DNA of 64,000 bases from a virus (lineage: Duplodnaviria; Heunggongvirae; Uroviricota; Caudoviricetes). Shown piece by piece: positions 50,301 to 62,400 of this stretch (its first letter is position 1; each line of letters opens with the position of its first letter). The position numbers and the translations under genes are program-made. The stretch spans positions 1 to 64,000 of the IMG/VR virus record IMGVR_UViG_3300042997_000183. One strand, written 5' to 3'. Below the pieces are notes generated by a model. It saw only the letters and a program-made list of their open reading frames with translations. It did not search any database and was not told where the DNA came from.

Positions 50301-50629
50301 AAGTGAGACAATCACAAGCTAGATCTAACACTAAAGCCCAAAGAAGAGAAGCACTTAACTCTATTAGTCAGAAGTACCTTGAGAACAGAAGAGAGAATAG
50401 AACATTGGGTATATATGAAAATGAATACAAATTCAGATATGACAATCAGGGTAGACTTATTAATATGAATCCTTTAGCTAGATTTACTATTCCAACCGCA
50501 TTAGGTAAACCTTCAGGAATAAGCAATACAGATGTTCTTCCTGTGTATGACAAGGATAACAAAGAGGTGGTTGCGTACAAACAGAAGGCAAAAAATGGTA
50601 ACATTGTAAAAGCTATTAAAAATCTCTAA
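47366..50629 (+). CDS. Large internal virion / ejection-type protein (1087 aa) with a glycine-zipper membrane segment
   Basis: VGAGIAGQLGGGLGSLVGGGKFNQAGGAGKIGSTLGGIAGSVIPGVGTVIGSAVGGLIGGAIGG is a chain of GxxxG motifs. EDGGW and KDGG motifs recur. Confidence 0.45.
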   Translation: MKDQILKIAKVKSEKEFYKKYPTEAAFMKAHGKAFKKAAMGKTMVAKQLTQLTDFANPPQAEVGTYIGGDTYKTANFKYGDFADEADASVTGTPAPMRVQNVQPPAAGAQQSPYAFNAGTTGMRNINWEDVGEDVLPQLMQMQGGGRVAAQPMPTRTPTNAPAANMNNIGNMLSNPAFQQNATNRFAGLGTQPTPSLGSQIGSGVINNAGNILQGINMLRDEKRQKQTAKQSAALTGVVGKAAGTRSEISKRKYVRPEDMSVQPGELGNPYGEGTTPLIMQDGGGIGGNPTEIQNTFAPNVIYTNLEYEPLNDSKVKQYKKGGKLNKAQVGAGIAGQLGGGLGSLVGGGKFNQAGGAGKIGSTLGGIAGSVIPGVGTVIGSAVGGLIGGAIGGKSAKETARLQEESQNNIMGSALQQGAQSIQSNYSGFMEDGGWVSNDWQPQVIASFGEYKMKDLLKPPHDAQMLRAGGHLKEYTPPSERAMETYDMGGELETHWGGYMEPISQNPYLPDGGVTVMPRGQSHAESDGKGNTGIGITFGDNPVEVERGEPMVKLKDGGTGEDNLVVFGNMKIPNYALDEFEKKAKGKKFKTYATDLTKTEAKQTKLIDKSTKKINDLEVLTPFDRLEADSLQANLIGANMELKDIAEKKQKLGDLQQSIHATAPEFGYEDVDKFNNDVIKGSVKIKKGKVESDVPMAQYGIVAALNAPTPLNIPNNASSSWYETPSLMNLRRPSSRVASPMQKLIRSIVPQQPVANFPLRPGFMYNPPDYLYQNVPAVNYNVGAGFPTVSALNAPSALNMSNAGSPGFQPTGSMLPVPIGPDEEDIKKDFMFTRIGDFINKNIGDNSMLASELLPYLRPTNQMDLDPTQLAGEMDALADNQVDPVFAQTLQPRLGSPIDISLQSSLNANQADYNALIRNVGYNPAAQSLLAAQKYAANSEILGKESQMNKEEKSRVFDANRQLLNEYDLKNAVISDTQQVRQSQARSNTKAQRREALNSISQKYLENRRENRTLGIYENEYKFRYDNQGRLINMNPLARFTIPTALGKPSGISNTDVLPVYDKDNKEVVAYKQKAKNGNIVKAIKNL

Positions 50630-50667
50630 CTAATTCAATTATACCAGATTAACAAAAATCATTAGAA

Positions 50668-50699
50668 CTCTTGGTATATATAATAATTTAAATTACATT
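50668..50699 (+). promoter_or_regulatory. Promoter-like -33 TTG / -7 TACATTTG pair
   Basis: TTG at 50668 and TAnnTTTG at 50692-50699, about 20 nt apart. ATG at 50716. Confidence 0.4.
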
Positions 50700-50715
50700 T
50701 GCTAATCATATTATC

Positions 50716-53421
50716 ATGGCATCATTTACCGACCAAATAACGAAATTTAATCCCTACGTACAACAATTGCCTGTTGAGGCAATGGTTCAGGTTGGCATGC
50801 GTAGACAGGCTCAATATGACCAGGGTGTAGAAAAGATCCAAAGCTACATAGATAATATAGCTGGTTTGGATGTAATCAAGCCTATTCATAAAGAATACAT
50901 TCAATCTAAACTTAATGAGCTAGGAGGTAAACTTAAAACGGTAGCTGCTGGAGACTTCTCTAACCAACAGTTGGTTAATTCTATTGGTGGTATGACTACT
51001 CAAATAATCAAAGACCCCACTGTTCAGAATGCTGTATATTCTACTCAAAGAGTTAGAAAGGTACAAAATGATATGGAAGCTGCTAAGAAAGCAGGTAAGA
51101 GTGGTATTGAGAATGAGGTTTGGGCAAACGATGAAATTAGTTCTTGGATAAATGATGGTAATGCACAAACCACTTTCAATGGTGAGTTTGTAGAATATAC
51201 AGACCTTGACAAACAATTAAGAGACCTTGCTAGTAAACTTAAGGAAGCTGAAAACTCTGTAGATATTCCATTTAAGACAGATGCTGATGGTCGTATATTA
51301 TACTACAGCCCTGTTAAAGATGCTACTGGTAAGGTTGTTAGAATGGATGTATCTCTGGATCCGAAAAAAGGTGTTCCTGAAAGAGATGATGCTATGAAAC
51401 GTATCAAGACAAAAGGAATAGGAGCTCAAAAGATATTAAACAACTTCTACGATAGCTTAAGTGAAAATGATAAACGACAGTTAAAGATAACAGGAAACTA
51501 CCATTATCGAGGAGCTACAAAGGATACATTTAAAAATGATATAGTTAATACTTACACCACTGCTAAGCAAATGCTTTCTGAACAAGTGGTTGATTGGGCA
51601 GTTAAACTACAGACTGATAACAAGTTAACAGCTGCTGAAAGATCAGACATTGAAGCAAACATCACTACAGCTAATAAGAAGTTAACTGATGGTACGTTTG
51701 AAAACGAGATAGCTAAAAAGACTGCTGAGATAGATAATATAAAAGATTTAACTCAGTATAAATATGCTTTATATAGTGAAAAGTATTTAACTAACCTTGC
51801 AAAAGATTTAGCAAACGAAAGTAAAATTGTAGAAATAATGACCAATCCATATCAACAAGCAGATATGGAAAAGCAAAAGCTACAGTTCCAAGTTAATAAA
51901 GCTCAACAAGACTACCAACAGTGGGCAGCAACTCATGCTCTTGCTATAGCAAAGTTTAACGCTGATGAGGAAGATAAAATCTATAAAAGAACTCAAGAAG
52001 AGGCTAAGAAAAGAGGATTACAACCTATCACTTCACCTGGTGGTTTAGGAACAGATGTCAAACTCCCAACTCTCAATGATTTAAGTAATGACATTAAAGC
52101 AACAGAAACAGCTATAAAAACATTAGATGCTACATATGCTAATCAGTTGTTTCCTGATTTATCAAATGATAAAACAATAAAAACTACAACTGTTAGAGAT
52201 GGAAAAGTTGTAACTGAATATATATCACAAAGACAGGAAGCATTAAACAAACTAAACTCTGATTACAACATTGATCCAAAAAATATTAAAGGTAGTGGTA
52301 AAATAGAATATCTTGAAAAAAGAAGAGCATTTACTATAGACCTTGCTCAAAAGGGTAACTTATTTTTAACTGTTAGAAACGGTTCTCAACAGTTTGATAG
52401 TGTAATTAAAGATGCTTTAACTAAGGAAAAAGGTATTAATCTTCCAAATGGTCAACAACTATATAGTCCAGAAGAACTTTTTAATATGTCAAATACTGCT
52501 AGTGAACTTACAGAAATTAGATTTGGTCGTAATAGAGGTGAGCAATCAACATTTAAGTTTAATTCTACAGAATTTTTAAAAAGATATAAAGGAACCAAAT
52601 ACGAACCTCTTGCAATTGCTTATAATAAAATTCAGACTAATCAACCTGTAACAGCTCAGGAACAACAAATGGTCAATAGAGCTAAGGAAATTAGTATAAA
52701 ATATCAACCTGTGTTGAAGGAAGTAGTTAATAAAAAACTACAATATGAATCAAGTGTATTAGCTAAGAGTATGCCAGAAATACAGACTACTGTTGGTACA
52801 ATCAATATGGGTGATGATGTTATTAAAACACGTATGGAAAATTTAATAGGTAACAAGTTTTTTGAATATGAACAAAACGGTCAAGTTGATGTTCAAAATA
52901 AAGATCTATTTAAGCCTGACATAATTACAGAATTACAAAAAGATCCACAAACAAAATATACAATAGAAAAGAAATATGATGGTAGTGCTAATGTAATTAT
53001 GAATAATGGAAAGAAGAAACAAGTTATTCCTATGAACTCTAATGAGTTTTCTGCTTTCTATCCTGACTATGCTGCGAATAGTGCTGCAAACAACTTTAAA
53101 TATGCAGTGATGTCTTCTCCTAATCGCACTACAAATTTAAGTGGTAAAGAAGATCCTGTTAATGCTTATATAACAGGACACACTATTGGAGGTCTTGCTG
53201 GAACTCCTTTAGCTGGAAAAACAAGACTTGATGTAATAGGTAGTCCAAATAACACAGGTGGTGCAAATGACAAGTATGATGTGTTAATGTACTTTAATAA
53301 CAATGGTGTTTGGGAAAAAGCAATATTAAATCAAAAGGGATACGTAACTGAAGATGGTGTATTAGGAATTCTTAATAACATAGGACCTGCTACAGTTCAA
53401 AGTTTATTAAAACAAAAATAA
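50716..53421 (+). CDS. Large coiled-coil-rich virion protein (901 aa)
   Basis: ORF preceded by a TTG...TACATTTG promoter-like pair at 50668-50699. Lys/Glu/Gln-rich with predicted helices. Confidence 0.45.
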   Translation: MASFTDQITKFNPYVQQLPVEAMVQVGMRRQAQYDQGVEKIQSYIDNIAGLDVIKPIHKEYIQSKLNELGGKLKTVAAGDFSNQQLVNSIGGMTTQIIKDPTVQNAVYSTQRVRKVQNDMEAAKKAGKSGIENEVWANDEISSWINDGNAQTTFNGEFVEYTDLDKQLRDLASKLKEAENSVDIPFKTDADGRILYYSPVKDATGKVVRMDVSLDPKKGVPERDDAMKRIKTKGIGAQKILNNFYDSLSENDKRQLKITGNYHYRGATKDTFKNDIVNTYTTAKQMLSEQVVDWAVKLQTDNKLTAAERSDIEANITTANKKLTDGTFENEIAKKTAEIDNIKDLTQYKYALYSEKYLTNLAKDLANESKIVEIMTNPYQQADMEKQKLQFQVNKAQQDYQQWAATHALAIAKFNADEEDKIYKRTQEEAKKRGLQPITSPGGLGTDVKLPTLNDLSNDIKATETAIKTLDATYANQLFPDLSNDKTIKTTTVRDGKVVTEYISQRQEALNKLNSDYNIDPKNIKGSGKIEYLEKRRAFTIDLAQKGNLFLTVRNGSQQFDSVIKDALTKEKGINLPNGQQLYSPEELFNMSNTASELTEIRFGRNRGEQSTFKFNSTEFLKRYKGTKYEPLAIAYNKIQTNQPVTAQEQQMVNRAKEISIKYQPVLKEVVNKKLQYESSVLAKSMPEIQTTVGTINMGDDVIKTRMENLIGNKFFEYEQNGQVDVQNKDLFKPDIITELQKDPQTKYTIEKKYDGSANVIMNNGKKKQVIPMNSNEFSAFYPDYAANSAANNFKYAVMSSPNRTTNLSGKEDPVNAYITGHTIGGLAGTPLAGKTRLDVIGSPNNTGGANDKYDVLMYFNNNGVWEKAILNQKGYVTEDGVLGILNNIGPATVQSLLKQK

Positions 53422-53433
53422 AATTAAGCGATA

Positions 53434-56400
53434 ATGGCAATTTTTGATAAAGAGCTTATTGACAATACTTCTAATAGAGATTATGGTAAACCTGAAATGG
53501 ATCTGCGTTCTCCAGAGACCAGAAAGGTTGATGTGAGTCTAGGAGGTTTTGAAGACTTTGCTATTGGAGGTCCTAGTAGATCTTCTGGTTTAACTATTGA
53601 CCAATTATCAGACTTTTCACGTGTTCCTACAAATCAAAATACATTTAACTCTCCTGTACAAATGATTCCTAGAGGTGAGCTTATAGCTAATCAACGTTAC
53701 AATATATATGAAAGAAATAGAGATTTAGAAAACGTAGCTGGACTACAACAAAGTTGGGCAGATCAATTAGCTAATGGTGTTGTTAAATTTGCAGCAATTG
53801 GCGGTGGTACATTTCTTCAAAGTTTTGGTACAATACCAAATACAGTGGCTGCATTAAAGACAGGTAAGTTATCTGAGTTATCTGGAGGACCTGATGGTTA
53901 TGAATCTAAGATCGATACTTGGTTAAAGAATATTGAAGATTCATTTCCTAACTATTACACTAGACGAGAAAAAGAAAGTCCATTCTTAGCAGCCATTCCT
54001 TTTGCTCCAGGATCTGCAAACTTTTGGGGAGATAAGATTATTAAGAACCTAGGATTTACAGCAGGTGCTATTGGTGGAGCAGTAGTTCAAGATTTAGCAA
54101 TTGGTGCTATTACAGAAGGTATTGGTGCAATTCCATTAGTTGCTGCTCAAATTGGTAAAGCTTCTTTGTATTTAAATAAATTATTTACAGGAACTAATCG
54201 TTTAGATGAAGCTCTTAATTTAGCTACTCAACTTGGTAAAACAGAAAAGCAAATACTAAACATCAAACGTTTAGGTGAAGTTGCTGCTGCAACAAAGGTG
54301 ACAGACGGTGCTAGATATGCACTAAACATATACGGTTCTGCTAGAACAGAAGCTGCTATTGAAGCTAGAGATGGTTACAAACAAGTTAGAGAAAACTTAA
54401 TCAATCAATATAAGTTAGAAAACCTTGGTGAAGAACCTACAGGAGCAGATGCTAAACAGATAGAAGATTTAGCAACAAATGCTATGAATACCAGATTTGG
54501 TATTAACATGGCACTACTCACTGTGTCCAATGCTGTACAGTTTGGTAACCTATTCAAATCATTTAGTAAGGCTTCATCTAGTGGCATCTCTGGTTCATTA
54601 ACTAGAGAGCTAGAAGATATTGGTAAGTTTGGATTGAAAGAAGGTAGTATAGATGTATTTGAATCTAAGGCTGCTAAAACTCTTCGTGGTAAAATTTGGG
54701 AATCTGTAAAACCTAAAGTGGCTAACATCTTTACAGAAGGTGTTTATGAAGAGGGTGGACAATTTGCTGCTGAAAGAGGTACGTTTGATTACTACACTAG
54801 AAAATACAAAAACCTTAACGACCCTAATAATAGACAAAACTGGAACGAATTAAATGAAGTTATCAACTCTACTAATAAAGGGTTAGCTGATCAATACGGT
54901 TCAGAAGAGGGTATTGAAAATATGTTTGTTGGTGCATTGTCTGCTTTAATTAGTGGTGGCATCATGAGCAGAATTGATAGCGTTAAAGGTAAAGGTGCTG
55001 ATGCTAGATTACAGTCTACCATCAATATGCTTAATAGATATGGTATCACTGGAATGTTACAAGATAACTACACTGATACACTAAACTCAGCTGCCATAGC
55101 TAAAGAAATGGATACAGCTGCTAAGTCTGGTAACATCTTTAAGTATAAGAACCTTAAGAAAGACATGTTCTTTAACTTTGTAAACTCACGTATTCCTTCT
55201 GGTATGCATGACGTTACACTTGAGCAATTGAACATGTTAAAAGATTTGTCCAAAGAAGAGTTTGAGAAAACCTTTGGAATGGACTTCAACACTTCTAATA
55301 AGAATACAGTTGATGCATATGTAGATAATTTAATCTCAAATGCAAACAAGATTAAGTCTACAGTGGATTCATTAGACAGTACATTTAAGAATCCTTTTGC
55401 AAAAATTACAGATCCTAAAACTCCTGAAGAAGCAATAGCTGCTAATAATCATGATGTCTTTAATGAATGGAAGACTAACTTAGCATACTATGCTATGGTT
55501 GCTCCAGATGCAAATGATAGACTATCTTCTATTTCTCAAACTGTAGCTGGTGTTAATCCATTGATTAACAATGACTTACTAGGTAAGCTTACCGATCCAA
55601 CTAGCTTAAGAGAATTAAGTAGTAACTATGAAGAGAGAGCTAATCAGTTAAACAGAACAATCACTGAGTTTACAAGTCCTGAAGATAAGAAGGCTATAAA
55701 AGCACAGGTTAAGGCTTTGCGTACAAGTGCAGAGAGAATCAACCTTGCTATCAATAATAGAGATTTAGACATGAAGACGTTTAACTCTCTATTAAACTTT
55801 GAGTTAAATAACCTAGATAGTACCAAGGATGATGTTGTGGGTATGGAGCGTGCTTCTGAGTTATATGGATATGGTGTTGATATTAACAAGCTTATTGGAT
55901 TAAAGAGATCTGCTTCTAGCATACTTGATGAATTAGCAAGTGAATCAGGTCTTGAGAAGTTCTTTAAAGAAGCTAGTGAAATAGCTTCTGAGGAACCACC
56001 AACCACTGTTCCTGGAGAAGAAGAAGCTCCAGCAGCTGAGGTTACTCCTGCTGTAGTTCCTCAATATACTAATGTAAAGGGTAAGAGAGAGAACTTAGAA
56101 TTAAACAGAGAATACGAAGTTGCTAAGCTTAGACCTTCTAAGGTTAATAGATTAGCAGAAGACAGATGGCAAGTTATCTCTCCTGATGGAACTTTTGAAA
56201 TCTATCCTACAAAGGAGAAAGCTCAAGAGATTGCTAAAGACTTAGACGAAGAGTTTGCTAGCTTAGCTAAGGTGAAGATCGTTGCATTAAATGAAGATGG
56301 TACAGCTAAGGTGGAAGATAAAGATGGTAACATCTATAACATTGACACTAGAAAGCTATCAGGATTTAATAAGGTTGAAAGTGAACAAGAGAAGTTACAA

Positions 56401-59400
56401 AAGATTGCAGATCAATTAGGTAGACAACAACAAGAGGTTGAAAAGAAATCTGGTATTGTTGCTACAGGAAATCCAAGTTTGGAAACATTTGAAAAGGAAG
56501 ACCCTAAGAAATCTGCAAATATATTATATACATCTACAACAGGTGCTTCTGAAACTTGGGAACAACTAGCTAAACCACATCAGGTTAGATCTAGACAGTT
56601 CTTAAACAATGTTAAAAACTTTGGTAACAGGGCTAACATGAAGATAATCCTTGTAACCCCTAACCAAGAAGAATCTCTAGGATTAAAAGGATTAGGTGAG
56701 TTATCTGGATCTACAGATACTAGTGTAGAGAATGGTTTAGTTGCTGCTGTATATGTAGTTCAATCTAATGGTAAGAACTACTTTGTAGACAAAGATGGTA
56801 AACAACTTACTGAGGTGGGTCAACCTGTTGATATGAATGTTGTAGTGTTCTCAACAATGCCTACTGCTGCATTATATAATAGTAAAGGAGATCCACGTTT
56901 TAGAAAACAAGAAGAAGCTCAGGCAAAAGAAATGTCTAGAGCATGGACTGTTAAAAGAGCTGAGTTATTTGCAGCTCCTGCAGGAACCTATACAATTTAT
57001 GATTTTGGTGTATCTAAGGGTGTGCCTATTACTGATAGAAATGAAAGAAAGTTTGTAGGAGATAATCTTGTTCCTCAGAAGAAGATTGCTACTCAAGAGA
57101 ACCTAATTGTTATTTCTACCACTGGTACACTTGCTTACAATGGAGAGAACTTAAAGTTCCCTGTAGGCAGACCTGTGTTACAATATGGTGATACATTACA
57201 ATACGTAGATAACAGAACCTTTACAAACGATGAGGCTAAGAGCATCTTTGAAGCTATTAGACTTTTGTCAGAAGAAGTGCAGTCTCAGAATACTAAGGGT
57301 GAAACTATTGAACTTAATAGATTATATACAGACTTCTTACAGAATGTTCTCTATTGGAGAAAAGGTAAGGATACTAAAGATAACCAAATACACATAGATG
57401 AAAGATCTATGGAGCTGTATATTGGTGGTGATAAATATAACTTTGCTGACATTGCTAGTAATGAAGCTGCTATTGTTAGCAAGCTAAAAGGTACATTTAA
57501 CAATGTTAACAATGAATCTTTAAAGAAGACTAGTGAACCATTCATTGAGTTATACTTTGAAGATGGATTCCTACAGAACAGAGAGTGGGTTAACTATCAA
57601 TCATATTTACTATCTAGTAAGTATCCTAATGGTAAGAACCGTTCTATTACAGACACTCCTCTATCTACATATGTAAACAAACCTACAGACGCAGTTCCTT
57701 ACAACTATGTTAGGAAGTATGCTATCCTTGAGGGATTAGATCTTCCTGTACAGCAGGCTGCCCCTGTAGTAACTCCTATGGCTGAAGCTGCACCATCTGC
57801 TGATAAGCTAGGTGAGTTCTTTGTAAATGGAACAGAAAATACAATATCTCTAAAGGAACCTCTAGGTGAAACTAAGTTTACAGCAACAATTAACAGTGAT
57901 GGTAATGTTGTTGCTGAAGTTATTTCTAATCCTAGGATACAAGCAATTGCTGCAAATGCTGAGAAAGCTAAACCTTATTTAGATTTTTTAAAGAATACAA
58001 TGGGTACTGATGGTAAACCATTGTTTGATGCTACAAAGAGTGTAGAAGATTCTATTCTACAGTTTGCAGCATTAAACATTAGTGCTCGTTTACAGGCTAT
58101 AAAAAATGAACAAGCTGCTGCTCCAGTTGTAACAACAGCTGCTACAGTTACACAAACCACTCCTTATGGAACAGAGGCTGGTCCTGCGGTTACCACTTCT
58201 ACAGAGTCTGTAGATAAGAAAGCTGATATAGAAAAGCGTAGACAAGAGGAACTTAAAGAGAATGAAAAGTTAAGAGTACAAGACTTTAAAACTAAGTTAT
58301 CTGAAACTTTTGATACATTATCAGAAACTAGGTCTAAATTAAAACAAGAAGTTGCTGATAATAATTCTTTATCTGAACAAGATAAAAATTTATTAACTGT
58401 AGCAATAGATGGAGTTTTTGATATACCTGGTAGCAATCCTCTTATTACAGAAGATGAGCCAGGATACCAAGCTTATAATCCAAAAAAGTTTGAAGAGTAT
58501 ATTAAATATAACTTTCCAAATTTAACTAGAAAACAAATAACAGATGTGCTGTCAAAGTACATTGAAAACATTGCTGTACAACACAGTGGTGCTTTAGCTG
58601 CTACTTCAGAAGGTCCTACTGGTTTACCAAACAATCTTGCAGAACTTAATGCTGCTAAAATCAATGCTAAGTATAATGCAGAGTTAGCTGCTTTAGAAGG
58701 ACAACCTGCTCTTACACCAGAAGCTCCTGTAAACTTGAATGCAGAGTTGATAAAGACGTTAACAGAAGAAAGAGATCAAAAGCTTTCAGATTTAATGCCT
58801 CTCTACGGTACGGCTAGAAAGACTATGATGCAACTAGGAGATGAGGCTTTAGATCTAGGAGACCGTAATATTTTAGCAGATCCTGTTAAGTATTTAGAAG
58901 GTCGCATTGCACAAGGGGAATATAGTTTACAGCAAAGTATAGATAAGTTAAAAACACTTGATACTAATAATCCTGATAATGCTAAGGAAGCTAAAAACTT
59001 ACAACGTTATATTGATACAGAAAAAATTGTTTTAGGAAAGACATATCCTAAACTTGAACAGATAAAAGCTGTAGTAGCTGAGTATAATGATAAGATGAGT
59101 AGAATAGGAGAAACTCCTGTTACTGCTGCTCCTGTAGAAGAAAAACCTCTTGAGTATGGAGAAGTGTTTGTTATGGCAACTACAACGGGTAACAACATCA
59201 TATATGGAACTGCTCCATATAGTCGATGGGACGAGGTATTTGACAGAAGAAATGAACGTCAACAATCAGGTAAGCAATTTAAACAAGAAAAATTTGGAGA
59301 TTTCAAGATATTTAGTTTAATAGATTGGTCAGTAGTAGATGACGGTGGTAGACCAGGTTATATTGATACTTCTATAAAGGTAGATAGAAACTCTCCTACA

Positions 59401-62400
59401 ACATTAGCTGATGTAAAAGCAGATTTAGAAGCTATACATGCACGAACAATGTCTGGTATAGATCCAACTAGTCGTCAAATAAATAAAGCAAAGGTTACAA
59501 AAGCATTAACTGGTGTAAGGTGGACATCTCGTAAAACAGGACCTACTGCTCCTAAGAATTTTGGTGCAACTAAACCTCCTTCAAATAGTGAGTATAGAAG
59601 AGTGGGTACTAATGGTGTAGAAAGAATTAATGATGCTGAGATAGAAATATTTAAAAGATGGGCTGCAGAAAATGTTCCAGGTATTCCATTTGAGATATTA
59701 GATAACATCATCAGTACAAATGATGGTGAGAAAGCTTGGGGTGCATTTGAAAATGGTGTAGCTAAGTTCTATAAGTCAGCTGCTAGAGGTACAGAATACC
59801 ACGAGGTATTTGAGGGTATATGGAAAGCTTTTCTTACAGAAGAACAAAGACAAGCTATATTAGATGAGTTTAAATCTAAGCCTGGTACATTTACAGATAG
59901 ACAATCTGGTAAGAAGATTGCTTATGACCAAGCTACAGATAAGCAAGCTAAAGAAAGAATAGCTGATGACTTTGCTGATTTCAAGGTGGGTAAACTTCCT
60001 GCTAGAAGCATTGGTGAAAGAATCTTAAACTTCTTTAGAAACATTATTGAGTTTGTTAAACAGTTTGTAAACAAACCTACACAAAAGCAAGAGTTATTCA
60101 AAGCTATTGATGCAGGTAAGTTTAAAGAAATGACTGTTCCAGAGAGTGTTAAGAATGACATGTCTGAATACAGAGCTGTTGAAGGATTAAGTGAAAAACA
60201 AACACATGAGTTTGTTCAGGATATTACAGCTAGATCTTTCCAAATTATGTTTGGAACTAATACATCTTTGTACAATCCAGAAAAACTTACAGCTCCTGAT
60301 ATATTTAACCAAGTTAAAAGCCAATATGCTGAAGAAGGCAAATTGGAAATGTTAGGTGAAAACGCTTGGAATCAATTAGTTAATAAAACAAAAGAGTTCT
60401 TACGTACATTTAAACTTGAGTTTGATGAGAATCAAAGTATTAGTATTAATGATGAGAACGTAAATAAAAATGATTACGCTCCTGAACCATTCTCTACAGA
60501 TTGGAAGAAGAGTTCTTCGTTTGCTATCAAGTTACTTATTGGTACATTAACTGAAACTACACCAAGTAATCAAGAGAATGCAAGTAGTATGGCTCTCCCT
60601 GCTCAGAAACTATCTGATGTAATGGGATACAAGCTATTAAACTTCACTAGATCATTTGCTACAGTGTTAGATAAACTAGCTAATACAACAAAGGTTACTT
60701 CTGTTGTAGATAAGCTGATTGATCTTGCTAAATATGATAGTAACTATGTACGTCTATTCACTCGTGTGGGTGGTAATAGAAACAACATGGTTATTGACTT
60801 CTCTAAGTTTGAAGCACAGGATTGGAGATTGTTTGTTAACTTCTATCAAACATTCACCAAGCAAAAGCCTGATGCACTTATTCAATACGTTAGTGGAGAT
60901 GAGGTGTACACAGGATCTGCTAACTTATACACTGCTGCTAACTCAGTTAAAGAAGGTTGGATAGAGAACATGAAAGCTTTATCTAAAGTGGAAGGTTCTT
61001 TAATTAGCTATGACCGTGGTACAAAGACTTACAAAGTTGGAGACTTAACTAATGTGTCAAATAAGACTCCTGAAGAGATGATAACATTCCTAGGTAATCT
61101 AGGTATTGAATTCCCTATGGAAGTCTATTCAAAGTTAAAGACTGTTCAAAAGAATAAGTTTGCTAACGCTATTGGTGGATTGATTGTTTCTCTTAGAGGA
61201 AAGAATGATATATTAAGTGTTACAGGTAAGGTTTTAGACATTAATGGTCCATTAAGTCTCATCTCTGAGCTATATGTAAAGGTGACCAACCCTAACATTG
61301 ATGCTACCTATTTTAACGTTGAGAACAGAAGAACAAACGCATTCTCAGAAAATAATGCTCCTTCTTTATTTGAGAACTTATTTAATGAAGCAAATACATT
61401 AGATGAGCTTCTTGAAGCTAGACCAGAGCTTAAAGATATTTTCTCTGCAAGTAGCCAAGTGTTAAAGAAGGGTGGATTATTCTTTGATGAAGATGGTAAT
61501 AGAATTAGATCTATAAAGGTTAGTTACATCCAGGGAACTAAGCTTGTAGATGAGAATGATGGTACAGCTACTAGTAGATTAACTGAAGGAGAAAGATTCA
61601 CACAAGAGTTTAACCAAAACCTTAATGGTAACTACTATGTACTTATTCCTGCGGATGGTTCTACAGAATGGATGATGAACCTAGGTAACAACGTTCGTTT
61701 CTCAGCATTTGAAAACGGAACAGCTTGGGGTAAGATTTATACAACCTTTAAAGGATATTTAAAAGATGAGATCAATTTAGCACTAACTGCTGCTAGTAGA
61801 ACTCAACTTATGAATGTAGGAAACAAAGCTTCTGAGCTTCGCTTCTTCAAGGATATTCTTTCTAAAGATACATTAGCTAGTATCAATAATTTGATTGCTA
61901 AAGAGGCATCTGAAGAAGAAATTAACGCATTCATTGAAGCTAACATAGGAGACATCAACAAGTCTATTAAGGATTACATTGATGGTGTATCTGATGTTAC
62001 ATTTAAAACACTTGCTGCAAATGGAGAAATCTATGTAAACACTAAGGGTGAATACTCTTATCCTAAACTAGATGATGTATTTGCAAAAGCAGAGAAGTTT
62101 AATAAGTTTAAGCTTTCTGAGAAAAAGTTAAACAATATTATAAGTTTTGCTAATGCAAACTATATAATCAACAATATAGAATACCATAAAATCTTATTTG
62201 GTGATCCATATCAATTTAAGATTAAAGATAACATCCTAGATGAAACTAAACGTGTTAAGTCTTTCTTATCTGGTAGAAGAACTACATTTGATTTCCCAGA
62301 CTATAACACATTCCTTAATCAGGAACTAAATAAAGCTGGAGAGATTGAATTGAATGAAGGAGATCCAGGATTCCAGAAGTTCAAACCTTACACCAACACT

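Noticed and set aside
47366-50629. Tape-measure protein interpretation for the 1087-aa Gly-rich protein
   Set aside because: Gly-rich or glycine-zipper segments also occur in tape-measure proteins, but no tail tube, sheath or chaperone frameshift pair is evident nearby. The context (giant cargo proteins, RNAP-like giant ORF) fits podovirus-type ejection proteins better. Unresolved without searches.
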